Shown in pieces: positions 1 to 9,782 of a stretch of 64,000 nucleotides of DNA. The notes below the pieces were generated by a model. It had not been told where the DNA came from. It saw only the letters and a list, made by a program, of their open reading frames with translations, and did not search any database. Position 1 is the first letter of the stretch; every line of letters starts with the position of its first letter. This DNA is from Acidobacteriota bacterium (GTDB lineage Bacteria > Acidobacteriota > UBA6911): assembly GCA_963664705.1 (NCBI GenBank), contig OY761556.1:5984001-6048000 (forward strand), read 5' to 3'. Position numbers and translations under genes: made by a program.

Positions 1-1191
1 AAATGCACAAATATAGCTTTGATCCTCAAAATCCACATAGGTGGATTCGACTTCGACGGGAAACTCAGTCCCGTCCTTTCTGCGATGAACCGTTTCCACC
101 GATACCGTTCCACTTTCCTGGATTTCCTTCCAGGAATTGCGCCAGGTGTTTTCTATCCTGGGGCTCACGTCCGCAATATGCCTGTTCAGCAACTCTTCGC
201 GCGTATAGCCGACCGATCTGCAGGCGGAGTCATTGACATAAATGAAACGACCATCGGAATTGGTCCAGAAGGCCGCATCGGAAGCGAGATCAATCGATCG
301 CTTCATGATATTGAGCGTAAGCTCCGCCTTTTTGCGTTCGGTAATGTCTTCAAAAATGCAGGCAAACTGGTTGGGGGCCGGACGGAAAACCGACACCATG
401 AAATATTTCCTGATTTCAGGCCGATAGTTTTCGAACGAGACCGGTTCCCCGGTGAGAGCCACCTTGGCATAATGGTCCATCCATCCGGGTTCTCTATTCG
501 GAAATACTTGCAGGGCCGATTTTCCCAGCAGGGAGTCGGCCTGCAGGCCGGACATGCGTTCGAAGGCCGGATTTACCGCGAGATAGCGAAAATCGACAGG
601 AATGGCGGCGCCATTGCAGATAACTTCGCTCAGCATGAAACCATTGCGCATTTCCCTGAAAAGCGTATGGTATTTTTCCTCGGCCCGGCGGGCAGCCGTC
701 ACATCCCGGCTGACAGATAGAACGGATTTTACTTCTCCCTGCGCATTGAATTCCGCGACAAATCGCCAGTCAAAGTATATTCGTCCCTGTTCGCTATTAA
801 AGGCGAACTCTGTTTCATAGGATTTGCCCGTATCAAAGACGCGCTGAAGAGCTCTTTCCCAGAGCTGGCAATGCTCCTCGGAAAATCCCAGTTCACGGTG
901 GGTTTTGCCTATGAAATACTCCGACGGTTGCCCGGTTATTTCCGTAATATTGTCGGTTACATATTGATGCCGAAAATTACGATCGAAGCGACTCACGATA
1001 TCCGGAAGGCTTGAAATCAAGGCACGAAATGCTTCGTCCTTCTCCTGCTGTATTTCAGATGAAATATCCCCGCTGCCTCGAGCCGGGGGAGCGGATTTGT
1101 CGCTGGATTCCGGGTGCTCTTCGGCATTTCTTTCATGGCTGGATGGCGCTGTCTCAGAATTTGCTTTGATTGAGTTATTCCTGTCGGGCAT
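1..1191 (-). CDS. Multi-PAS-domain sensor protein (probable histidine kinase N-terminus), truncated at the window edge
   Basis: Open minus-strand frame from ATG at 1191 to position 1 (absent from the ORF track because no stop falls in the window). Manual translation shows three PAS/PAC repeats: LPDIVSRFDRNFRHQYV...VLSVSRDVT, YLAVNPAFERMSG...IFEDITERKKAE, DGRFIYVNDSACRSVGYTREELL...RRKDGTEFPVEV. Confidence 0.85.
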   Translation of the reverse strand, partial: MPDRNNSIKANSETAPSSHERNAEEHPESSDKSAPPARGSGDISSEIQQEKDEAFRALISSLPDIVSRFDRNFRHQYVTDNITEITGQPSEYFIGKTHRELGFSEEHCQLWERALQRVFDTGKSYETEFAFNSEQGRIYFDWRFVAEFNAQGEVKSVLSVSRDVTAARRAEEKYHTLFREMRNGFMLSEVICNGAAIPVDFRYLAVNPAFERMSGLQADSLLGKSALQVFPNREPGWMDHYAKVALTGEPVSFENYRPEIRKYFMVSVFRPAPNQFACIFEDITERKKAELTLNIMKRSIDLASDAAFWTNSDGRFIYVNDSACRSVGYTREELLNRHIADVSPRIENTWRNSWKEIQESGTVSVETVHRRKDGTEFPVEVESTYVDFEDQSYICAF

Positions 1192-1437
1192 GAGGGACCC
1201 TCCGAAGAGCAGGTGATACCAGTACATTAGCAGATATTTAGAATAGTGGCGCTTGAATTTATTAAAGGGCGCAGGACTCAGCGAGGCAATTCTGGCTTTG
1301 TGAGTGAATTCACGCGGCAGTTCCGGTGATCTTTAGGCAATACTTTTCTTTGACTTGCGGTGCTGCAAAAACGCGAGTATGTTCCTCTCTGCGTGTTCTC
1401 TGCATTCATACATCCCACGCAGTTTGGAGAATAAGCA

Positions 1438-2520
1438 TTGAATCATTCTGACTCCCATAAGCGGCATGTTATTGCGCTGCCGTGGATTCTGTTTGCCTTG
1501 GCGATCCTGCTGGTCCACCCTCTTAATGCAGCCCCAAAACAGAAGCATGAGAAACGGGCGGCAAGCGCTCTGCCAAAATCATCCGCCGTAAAGAAAAGCG
1601 TGCGCGCTAAAAAGCCGGTGCAGTCCGCTGCTGTTGCCGAGAAAGCAAAACCGAAAAGAAAATATCCAGCCGGGGAGGACCCGGATTTTGCAGCGGAGTG
1701 TGGATGGCCCGTGAAAGGGCCACAGCTCCTTGCCGGTTCGATTCTTCCCGGAAAAAGGATCGTTGCCTATTATGGAAATCCTTTGTCCCGGAAAATGGGT
1801 GTCCTCGGCGAATATCCCAAAGACGAAATGCTGCGAAGGTTCAAAGCGGAAGTGGAGAAATGGGGGAAAGCGGATCCCACGCATGCGGTGCAGCCGGCAC
1901 TTCATCTTATCGCAGTAGTGGCACAGGGGAAACCCGGACCGGCGGGCAAATACCGGATGGTGATGCCGGATAAAATCATCAATGATATGTATGGATGGGC
2001 CAAGGAGGCGCATGCAATACTATTCATCGATATCCAGACGGGGCAGGACGATATCCGCGCTCTCCTTCCGCACTTCGAGTGGATACTGAAAAATCCGGAT
2101 GTTCACCTTGCGATCGATCCCGAGTTCAACCTGATCAGAAGCGGGAAAATCCCTGGCACTAAAATAGGCACCCTCGATGCTGCCGATGTGAACTATGCGT
2201 CCGGCTATCTGCAGGGTCTTGTGAAGAAATACAATCTGCCACCCAAGGTGCTGATCGTGCATCGTTTCACCAAGAACATGGTGACGAATGCGAAACAGAT
2301 CGCGCTTCATCGCGAAGTCCAGATGGTTATGAATATGGATGGCTGGGGGCTGCCGCCGCTCAAGAGGAATACATACAAAGAATATATCGTGCGGGAACCG
2401 GTGCAGTTTACAGGCTTCAAGCTTTTCTATCACAACGACACAAAAAAAGGGGGCGGACTCCTCCAGCCGCAGGATTTGTTGAGACTGTGTCCAACGCCGA
2501 TCTATATTCAGTATCAATAA
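1438..2520 (+). CDS. Secreted hypothetical protein (Lys/Ala-rich linker, conserved domain with VAYYG, DPEF and DGWG motifs)
   Basis: 360 aa ORF, TTG start after GGAGA, N-terminal hydrophobic signal, globular C-terminal domain. Function not recognised. Confidence 0.7.
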   Translation: MNHSDSHKRHVIALPWILFALAILLVHPLNAAPKQKHEKRAASALPKSSAVKKSVRAKKPVQSAAVAEKAKPKRKYPAGEDPDFAAECGWPVKGPQLLAGSILPGKRIVAYYGNPLSRKMGVLGEYPKDEMLRRFKAEVEKWGKADPTHAVQPALHLIAVVAQGKPGPAGKYRMVMPDKIINDMYGWAKEAHAILFIDIQTGQDDIRALLPHFEWILKNPDVHLAIDPEFNLIRSGKIPGTKIGTLDAADVNYASGYLQGLVKKYNLPPKVLIVHRFTKNMVTNAKQIALHREVQMVMNMDGWGLPPLKRNTYKEYIVREPVQFTGFKLFYHNDTKKGGGLLQPQDLLRLCPTPIYIQYQ

Positions 2521-2534
2521 AAGGGAGCTCTCGA

Positions 2535-3527
2535 TTATCGGCGGCCGAAAAATGAGAAGACCCAGGCCATGATACCTCCGGCTAAAGCTGACGCCGGAAG
2601 CGTGAGAACCCACGCCATAACAATTTTCCGCGTAAGCCCCCATCGCACCGCCTTCACGCGATGTGCGGAGCCAACTCCCATAATCGTAGTGGCGGCGACA
2701 TGAGTCGTCGAGATAGGCGCACCTTTCCAGGCGGCTGCTTGCATGACCAGCGCTGCTGCTGTCTGCGCCGCGAAGCCATCGGCCGGTGTCATCTTGAAAA
2801 GGCGTACTCCGAGAGTGAGGATGATGCGCTTTCCTCCGGCGAAGGTCCCCAGACCGATAGCGAGGGAGCATGCCAGTTTGACCCACAGCGGAACACTGGG
2901 TGTTGAAATGGCTCCGGTAACAAATAGCGCCAGCGTAATGATGCCCATCGTTTTTTGCGCGTCATTTAATCCATGGGAGAGAGCCATGAAACTGGCTGAA
3001 AGTATCTGGGCGCGTTTGAAATTGCGGTTCGCGGGTCCCGGTGAGGCGGAGTAGCAGATTCGGCCGAGGACGACGGTCAGGATCAGGCCCATCAGAAAAC
3101 CAAGAACCGGCGAGACTACAGTCGGGATGACCACTTTGAACAGAATCCCCATCCACTGCACACCGGTTGGGCCATAATCCACGATAACGGCACCCGCGAT
3201 GCCTCCGATCAGGCAGTGGGATGAGCTGGAGGGGATCCCATAGTACCAGGTAAGGAGATTCCAGAATATGGCCCCAATCAGACCCGCAAAGACAACGGGC
3301 AGCGAAACGACGCTGGGGACAACGATTCCCGTGGCTATCGTCATTGCAACCACCGTCGACATCATCCCACCGACAACGTTGAGAACAGCCGCAAGAATCA
3401 ATGCGGAATTTAGCGACAGTGCGCGCGTGGATATCGATGTCGCAATGGCATTTGCGGCATCATGAAATCCATTGGTAAAGTCGAAGATAAGAGCGGTGAT
3501 AATAACGGCGTACAGCATCCATTCCAT
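2535..3527 (-). CDS. Inorganic phosphate transporter, PiT family
   Basis: PiT signatures NGFHDAANAIAT, GIPSSSSH, HGLNDAQKTMG and PISTTH. Confidence 0.92.
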   Translation of the reverse strand: MEWMLYAVIITALIFDFTNGFHDAANAIATSISTRALSLNSALILAAVLNVVGGMMSTVVAMTIATGIVVPSVVSLPVVFAGLIGAIFWNLLTWYYGIPSSSSHCLIGGIAGAVIVDYGPTGVQWMGILFKVVIPTVVSPVLGFLMGLILTVVLGRICYSASPGPANRNFKRAQILSASFMALSHGLNDAQKTMGIITLALFVTGAISTPSVPLWVKLACSLAIGLGTFAGGKRIILTLGVRLFKMTPADGFAAQTAAALVMQAAAWKGAPISTTHVAATTIMGVGSAHRVKAVRWGLTRKIVMAWVLTLPASALAGGIMAWVFSFFGRR

Positions 3528-3645
3528 AAGTCATCAGCCCGATCAGACGAAAACACATCCCATTTCCGAATATCACGGATATCTGGAAGTGAGCGGATGA
3601 TCCTATACCAATATGCGGGAGAAAAGAACCCTGAATGCGAAATTG

Positions 3646-4062
3646 TCAGACCGGGCTGTCCTTTGGTGCCGGCCCAAATTCCTTTTCTTCCCACATGTCG
3701 TAGCCGGTAGCCGTGGATGAAGCCTGCGACAGAATGGCCAGGGCACACACGATATGAATCCCGCGCAACACAGATAAAGCATAAGGCAATTGGGGCGCCA
3801 GGTGGGCAATGCCGCCCATGGCTGCGCCAACAACAAGCTGAAAAAAGGAAAGTCCTGCCGTCACCTTGCTGATGCGCTTCAGCCTGTCGGGAACGGATAA
3901 TGCTCCAAGCTTCCGTGCGTTACCTGAAACCACAAGCAGCATCAGAATCCCCAGGACCGCATGTACGGGGAATCCGGCATAAGCTCCCATCCATCTCGGG
4001 ATCAGTACACAGGAGAAAAACGCAAGCCAGACCGTATTATAGAGCTTTCGCCACAATTCCAT
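3646..4062 (-). CDS. Small four-helix membrane protein of unknown function
   Basis: 138 aa with four hydrophobic segments; GGAGG upstream of the ATG. Confidence 0.65.
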   Translation of the reverse strand: MELWRKLYNTVWLAFFSCVLIPRWMGAYAGFPVHAVLGILMLLVVSGNARKLGALSVPDRLKRISKVTAGLSFFQLVVGAAMGGIAHLAPQLPYALSVLRGIHIVCALAILSQASSTATGYDMWEEKEFGPAPKDSPV

Positions 4063-4077
4063 ATCTTCCTCCGTCCG

Positions 4078-4151
4078 GGATTCCAGATTCCGGATTCCAG
4101 ATTCTAATCTGAAACCTGAAATCCTAAATCTGAAATCTTGAATCCGAAATC
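4078..4151. repeat. Degenerate 7-mer tandem repeats in two opposed arms (ATTCCAG-like then AATCTGA-like)
   Basis: gattccagattccggattccagattc followed by aatctga aacctga aatccta aatctga aatcttg aatccga aatc. Confidence 0.8.
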
Positions 4152-4221
4152 AGTCCGAAGGCTGCTATGATACAAACTCATTTTTTTAAACGAATGAGTA
4201 AAAATATGCGGAGGTAGTTCT

Positions 4222-6573
4222 ATGAGATTGAGAAGCCTCTTTTTGCTTTTATTGCTGTTCCTTTCTGCCGTATCCATTGATGCACAGAATAGCCAGCTGC
4301 CGCAGCTCGGCAAGTCGACCATTCAACAGATTGTTGCCGCGATGACGCTGGAGGAGAAGGCCAGCCTGCTGGTCGGCAAGGGGTCGGGACAAGCTCCATC
4401 CGGTCCAATGATTGGGCAGATGCAGGCTCTCGTGGAGGGCGCGGCAGGCCGGACCTTTGATTTGCCCCGGTTGGGAATTCCAACCATGGTTTTGGCAGAC
4501 GGCCCGGCCGGATTGCGCATCAGCCCCACCAGAAAAGGGGATGCCAATACCTATTACTGCACGGCATTTCCTGTTGGGACGCTGTTGGCTTCCTCCTGGG
4601 ATGTGGATCTTGTGAATAGAGTCGGACAGGCAATGGGGAATGAGGTTCTGGAATATGGCGCTGATATTATCCTGGGTCCAGGACTCAACCTGCATCGCAA
4701 TCCATTGTGTGGCAGAAACTTTGAATATTACTCGGAAGACCCCTATGTGGTCGGGAAGACGGCCGCGGCCATGGTCAATGGTATTCAGTCGCAAGGGGTG
4801 GGGACCTCTATTAAGCACTTTGCGGCCAATAACGCCGAAACCAACCGGAACACCTTAAATACATTTGTCAGCCAGCGCGCGCTGCGCGAACTGTACCTTG
4901 AGGGCTTTCGGATTGCAGTCCAGGACGCGCAGCCCTGGACGGTCATGTCTTCCTACAACCTGATCAATGGCACCTATGCTCCCGAGAGCTTTGACCTGAT
5001 CACGAACATTCTTCGGAAAGACTGGGGCTTTAAGGGATTCGTGATGACCGACTGGGGTGGGGGAAAGGATTGGCCGGCGGAAGTACGGGCCGGGAATGAT
5101 CTGATCATGCCCGGGAATCCGTCCCAGGTCCAGGCGATCATTGCCGCCGTGAAGGAGGGCAAGCTGGATGAAAAGGATCTGGACAGGAATGTCGAGAGTA
5201 TTCTCAATATCGTGCTGAAAAGTCCCCGATTCAAAGGGCACAGATTTTCCAACAAGCCCGATATGAAAGCTCACGCCCTCGTTGCCAGGCAGGCTGCGTC
5301 GGAAGGAATGGTGTTGCTGAAAAACAGCGATGAGACACTGCCGTTCCCGGATTCACTCAAAAAGATCGCTGCTTTCGGCAATACGTCGTATGAAAGCATA
5401 ACCGGCGGGACCGGAAGCGGAGATGTGAATGAAGCGTACAGCGTATCGCTGTCCGAGGGTCTGAAAAATGCAGGCTATGCCGTTAATGAAAACCTTGCCG
5501 CAATGTATCAGGGGTACTTAAAAGCAACCAAAGAGGGCCGCCCCGCCGCCAGGCAGTTTATGGTGAGCGTTGCACCGACGCCGGAGCTTATCATCGATGC
5601 CGGCCTTGCAGCCAGCATGGCTGCCGTATCGGACGTCGCCGTCATTACGATCGGCAGGAATTCGGGTGAAGGACGCGACCGCAAAGATGAAGAGGGAGAT
5701 TTCCGGCTCAGCGCGGTGGAAAAGGATATGATCAAGACGGTCACCGAGGCTTTCCACGCCAAAAACAAAAAGGCGGTGGTAATTCTCAATGTCGGTGGAG
5801 TCGTGGAAACATCAAGCTGGAAAGCGGCGCCGGATGCGATTCTCCTGGCCTGGCAAGGTGGGCAGGAAACCGGGAATTCCGTAGCCGACATCCTGAAAGG
5901 CATTGTAAATCCATCAGGAAAGCTGGCCACAACCTTCCCTGTCACTTACGAAGATGCGCCCGCCGCCAAAAACTTTCCCGGCAAAGAGCTTCCATCCGAT
6001 CAACCATCTCAGCCTCAACAGGGCTTTATGCGAGGGAAACCCGCAGAGGTTACCTATGAAGATGGGATTTACGTGGGGTATCGCTATTTTGAAACCTTCA
6101 AGGTAAAACCCTCCTTCGAATTTGGTTATGGGCTTTCCTATACGAGCTTTGAGTACGGCAGCCCGAAATTGAGCTCGCAATCCTTTGGGGGAAATCTGAC
6201 CGTTTCGGTGGATATCAAGAACAGTGGCAAGGTGCCCGGGAAGGAGGCGGTACAACTGTATGTGAGCGCTCCTTCCGGAAAACTCGACAAACCAGCCATG
6301 GAACTCAAAGGGTTTGCCAAGACAAAACTGCTGCAGCCCGGAGAGACTCAGACCCTTTCGTTTGTTCTGGATGCACACAGCCTGGCTTCCTTTGACGAGA
6401 CCGAGTCGGCATGGATTGCCGATGCCGGAACCTATGCTGTCAAAGTCGGGGCATCATCCAAAGATGTTCGGCAGAGCGCCTCATTCACTCTCGGCAAGAG
6501 CATGGTAGTGAAGAAGGAAACGAATTCGCTTGCGCCGAAAACCAAAATCAATGAGTTGAGGCCTGCCAGGTAG
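4222..6573 (+). CDS. Secreted glycoside hydrolase family 3 (beta-glucosidase/xylosidase) with Fn3-like C-terminal domain
   Basis: Signal peptide; DGPAGLR, GRNFEYYSEDP, KHFAANN, VMTDW nucleophile motif, PSGKL, YVGYRYF, FGYGLSYT. Confidence 0.95.
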   Translation: MRLRSLFLLLLLFLSAVSIDAQNSQLPQLGKSTIQQIVAAMTLEEKASLLVGKGSGQAPSGPMIGQMQALVEGAAGRTFDLPRLGIPTMVLADGPAGLRISPTRKGDANTYYCTAFPVGTLLASSWDVDLVNRVGQAMGNEVLEYGADIILGPGLNLHRNPLCGRNFEYYSEDPYVVGKTAAAMVNGIQSQGVGTSIKHFAANNAETNRNTLNTFVSQRALRELYLEGFRIAVQDAQPWTVMSSYNLINGTYAPESFDLITNILRKDWGFKGFVMTDWGGGKDWPAEVRAGNDLIMPGNPSQVQAIIAAVKEGKLDEKDLDRNVESILNIVLKSPRFKGHRFSNKPDMKAHALVARQAASEGMVLLKNSDETLPFPDSLKKIAAFGNTSYESITGGTGSGDVNEAYSVSLSEGLKNAGYAVNENLAAMYQGYLKATKEGRPAARQFMVSVAPTPELIIDAGLAASMAAVSDVAVITIGRNSGEGRDRKDEEGDFRLSAVEKDMIKTVTEAFHAKNKKAVVILNVGGVVETSSWKAAPDAILLAWQGGQETGNSVADILKGIVNPSGKLATTFPVTYEDAPAAKNFPGKELPSDQPSQPQQGFMRGKPAEVTYEDGIYVGYRYFETFKVKPSFEFGYGLSYTSFEYGSPKLSSQSFGGNLTVSVDIKNSGKVPGKEAVQLYVSAPSGKLDKPAMELKGFAKTKLLQPGETQTLSFVLDAHSLASFDETESAWIADAGTYAVKVGASSKDVRQSASFTLGKSMVVKKETNSLAPKTKINELRPAR

Positions 6574-6597
6574 GAATGTCGATACAGACTGCACGCA

Positions 6598-7773
6598 TCA
6601 AATTGAGCCGGGTTCAGGGCGATGCGTGCAGTCTGTACCTGATTTGACCAGAAAGACAAAAAGGACCAGGCCCGCCGCCATGCAGAGAGAAGCGGCGTAA
6701 AAGGCAGATGCCAGCCCAAGCTTGTCGGCAATTCCTCCAAGCACTACCGGGCCAATGCTGTTGCCGGCATACATGGCCATCATAAACATCGTTACCGATG
6801 CTCCCATTCCGTAAGTGCGCCCTTCCCGAACCACGTATGCATTCGCCGCAGGGATTCCCAGGGCTTGTCCTACCGTTACCCAAAGATAGGCAATCAGCAG
6901 ACCCCAGAAGCCGGCAACCGACGGAATGAGGAGTACCGCAACCACTGTGATCGCTGCGCCCCAAATCACCATTAGACGGCGGTTCCATCTGTCGGCCATC
7001 CGTCCCGTATAGGACTGGCAAATGGAAATGGGAATACGGGCGGCAAGCATAAGGCCGATCATGGTGGAAGTGAGCCCAAGCCTTAACCCGGCGAAAAGAG
7101 GGACAAAGGCCATGAGAGTGGCGGTGCCGACTCCGACCGTCATCCGGTAGCTGAAGACGCCGCGCATGATGCGACTCTTCAATGGCGCCAGGAAGGACTG
7201 GTACTCCCGGACGGCCCTTTTGCGCGGCAGCTCGCGGACAAAAAAGAGAATGGCCAGGAGGCCAAGTGCATTCATGGCTGCAAGTGCCAGGAACGCGACG
7301 CTGATGCTGTAGGCGTCCGTGATTGCTCCGCCGACAAGCGGCCCGGAGCCCATTCCGGCAAAAAGAACAGCATTGAAATAGCCCATCCACCTTCCCTCGC
7401 TGCCGGACTGCAGGCGGTCCCCCATATAGGCTTGGGAAATGGCCAGAAAAGTGGAGGCGCCCAAGCCCTGAAAAAAGCGCAGGACGATGAGATGCAAGGG
7501 TGTGGAGGCAAACATAAACGCCGCGGATGAGATCGAGAGAAGAGCCAGCCCGCCTGCCAGGAACGATTTTCGGCCGTAATCGTCGGACAGCCTTCCAATG
7601 AACAGAAGCGTGGTGGTTCCGGAAACACTGAAGGCCGCCTGCACAAAGCCCAACTGCAACGCCGATGCGCCCATTTTCCTGGCATAGAGCGGCAGAAACG
7701 GCGAAATGATGTTCATTCCGAGCATGGATATGAACAACGTGCCCAGCAGTACAAAAAATGTCTTTTTATCCAT
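6598..7773 (-). CDS. MFS transporter (DHA1-like)
   Basis: About 12 TM segments; motif A GRLSDDYGRK and its repeat GRMADRWNRR. Confidence 0.9.
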   Translation of the reverse strand: MDKKTFFVLLGTLFISMLGMNIISPFLPLYARKMGASALQLGFVQAAFSVSGTTTLLFIGRLSDDYGRKSFLAGGLALLSISSAAFMFASTPLHLIVLRFFQGLGASTFLAISQAYMGDRLQSGSEGRWMGYFNAVLFAGMGSGPLVGGAITDAYSISVAFLALAAMNALGLLAILFFVRELPRKRAVREYQSFLAPLKSRIMRGVFSYRMTVGVGTATLMAFVPLFAGLRLGLTSTMIGLMLAARIPISICQSYTGRMADRWNRRLMVIWGAAITVVAVLLIPSVAGFWGLLIAYLWVTVGQALGIPAANAYVVREGRTYGMGASVTMFMMAMYAGNSIGPVVLGGIADKLGLASAFYAASLCMAAGLVLFVFLVKSGTDCTHRPEPGSI

Positions 7774-7909
7774 TCGGAATCTGCTTCAGTCCACCACTTT
7801 TCCAAACCGCTCTTTATATCCGACTGCGCCGGACCGAACCGGCGCGGTTAAGATACTACGGGTTCCGGAAATAATCAGCGGCAATGCATCGGGAAACCGG
7901 AAGCGGCAC

Positions 7910-7937
7910 AAAAAAGGGCCACCCCGAAGAGTGACCC
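7910..7937 (-). terminator. Intrinsic terminator with C(UUCG)G tetraloop
   Basis: Minus strand reads GGGTCACTC-TTCG-GGGTGGCCC-TTTTTT. Confidence 0.75.
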
Positions 7938-8325
7938 GGTGAGGGATATGAAATAGATGAAGCCGTAAGCTATCAGTATGCAAACAACGTTCCCGAATGA
8001 GTGTCTTTGGAGAAGAATCGCGCAACATGTGTTCTTCTCGGATGTTAGCGTTATTTGATAATTTTTGATTCTGGGGGCCGGCCTCGGCAATTTGTAAACC
8101 CTGCTGACAGGCCATTGCAAAAATGGGTTTCAGGAAGCGCTGAAGCAGTTGAAATAGCAAAACATATTTATGTGTAAGCTATTTCGACGCTGGAATATTT
8201 GCTGCCAATACCTGGAGGATAGAGATGTGCAGGCAGGGAGGCATTATTTTGATGCGCATGTCTCCCCTTATTCGATTGGCCACAATCATTCGAGCAGTAA
8301 CCGGAAGATCGCGGTACCCGGGTGC

Positions 8326-9075
8326 CTATTTGGTGGATGGATCAATTGTAACCAGTTGTCCGTCACGCATGCTAAACATGACATTGTGCATACTCACTTC
8401 CAGTTCGCATGTTTTCTGCTTGCCGGTATTTGCGTCAAACCCCAGGGCTATTTCCAGGCGGGATCCCGGACGGATCCATCTTGCCGGGTAGTGGTTGCCG
8501 GGACCGAAGAATTGGTTGCATTCACAATTATATGAAAAACCGAGGAGTGCCCCTGCATCCTGAGTATTGCCATATCCCGAGCCACGTTTGCTCCCCGTGG
8601 AGGCTTGCCCGACTTCCGCAGTCCAATGCGTATCGATGATCTGAACGCGCATCCCATATGACCGCAGGCTTTCGGTTTCCGCCGGATTTTTGAAGAGCCG
8701 GAAAGAGACCTCGATATTTGCCTGAACATCGACGGGGTTTCCGTTGTAGGTGCCGGGCTGAAAGCGCCATTTCGTGGCAATTGTGTTTATTGCGGATTCG
8801 TCGAGCCCGTACCCCAGTCCTTTGAGGATTTTTAAGCTGTCGACGGTGCCGTCTTTTCTGACGATGGCCTGGAGAAGAATGATTCCCTCCGCACCCGCCT
8901 CACGCGCTTCAGGCGTGTATGCCGGCAGTGGCTGGGTCAGGACGACAGGCGCTTTTACACCGCCTCCAATCTTATAGGGGGCGGCAGGCCCGCCTTCCTG
9001 ACCGGAAGCATATCCGGGGAATAACAGGCAACCGACGAGAAATGGCGTCGGCAGTACCTTAAATAGCTTCAGCAT
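8326..9075 (-). CDS. TonB C-terminal domain protein with an extra C-terminal domain
   Basis: Signal peptide, then PAYTPEAREAGAEG..LQAIVRKDGTV..GLGYGLDESA..WRFQPG..PVDVQANIEVSF. Confidence 0.88.
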   Translation of the reverse strand: MLKLFKVLPTPFLVGCLLFPGYASGQEGGPAAPYKIGGGVKAPVVLTQPLPAYTPEAREAGAEGIILLQAIVRKDGTVDSLKILKGLGYGLDESAINTIATKWRFQPGTYNGNPVDVQANIEVSFRLFKNPAETESLRSYGMRVQIIDTHWTAEVGQASTGSKRGSGYGNTQDAGALLGFSYNCECNQFFGPGNHYPARWIRPGSRLEIALGFDANTGKQKTCELEVSMHNVMFSMRDGQLVTIDPSTK

Positions 9076-9337
9076 GATGATTCCTCCGTAGTAAGCCGGG
9101 TTTCGGGATTTTTACATGCAACTTTCTTTATAAGACGACAATTCGCAAATTTGGTTCAGGAAAAACAATCTAGACATAATACGTTAAACCGGGCGGAAGG
9201 CTTCGCCTGAGGTTCAGGATTCACCCTGCGGCAAAGAAATCTGCGGACAAATTGGGACCTGCTGAGCTATTGTGACTGTGCCCAATCGTCAGTTGTTGGT
9301 GGCCAGTTTGCCGTAACATGCAGAAAGGAATGCAGCC

Positions 9338-9706
9338 TTGTATAAAAAGACAGTTTTTGCGGCTTTTACGCTTTTGGTAATTTGGATCGGGTGTGCAATT
9401 GCTGAGGAAAAGCGCCCATTTACGGCGGATCGCCATAAAGCCCTCAATATTGCCTGCGCCGGATGCCATGGAGAGGAAAAACCTCAGAAGGCTGCAACGG
9501 AAGAGTCCTGCATTAAATGTCATCAGACCATAGAGAAGGTTGCGGAAAAGACGACGAGTTTGAAACCGAATCCGCACAAGAATCATCTCACGGAAGGCAG
9601 CGATGTGGCGTGTACGCAGTGCCATGCGAGCCATAAAGCCGATGACATTATCTGCGAGCGATGCCATGCAGGGCTGAAATTTGAGAAGCAGGCAGAAGCC
9701 AAATAG
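9338..9706 (+). CDS. Small periplasmic tetraheme cytochrome c (cytochrome c3-like)
   Basis: Signal peptide and four CxxCH motifs (CAGCH, CIKCH, CTQCH, CERCH) plus NPH; TTG start after AAGGA. Confidence 0.92.
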   Translation: MYKKTVFAAFTLLVIWIGCAIAEEKRPFTADRHKALNIACAGCHGEEKPQKAATEESCIKCHQTIEKVAEKTTSLKPNPHKNHLTEGSDVACTQCHASHKADDIICERCHAGLKFEKQAEAK

Positions 9707-9720
9707 CCGGCCTGAATCCT

Positions 9721-9766
9721 AAAACTAAAAAGGCTCGAGAGGAATGCCTCGAGCCTTTTTAGTTTT
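9721..9766. terminator. Bidirectional intrinsic terminator between convergent genes
   Basis: aaaactaaaaaggctcgag-aggaatgc-ctcgagcctttttagtttt is a perfect inverted repeat with A and T tails. Confidence 0.88.
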
Positions 9767-9782
9767 ACTGCCTGGATTCCTG

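Noticed and set aside
19-720. 233-aa plus-strand ORF
   Set aside because: Antisense shadow of the minus-strand PAS protein, which has clear domain motifs.
9297-9311. TGGTGGCCAGTTTGC as a sigma54 promoter for the cytochrome gene
   Set aside because: GG-N10-GC spacing fits, but the -24 box is poor and the implied TSS would fall on the RBS.
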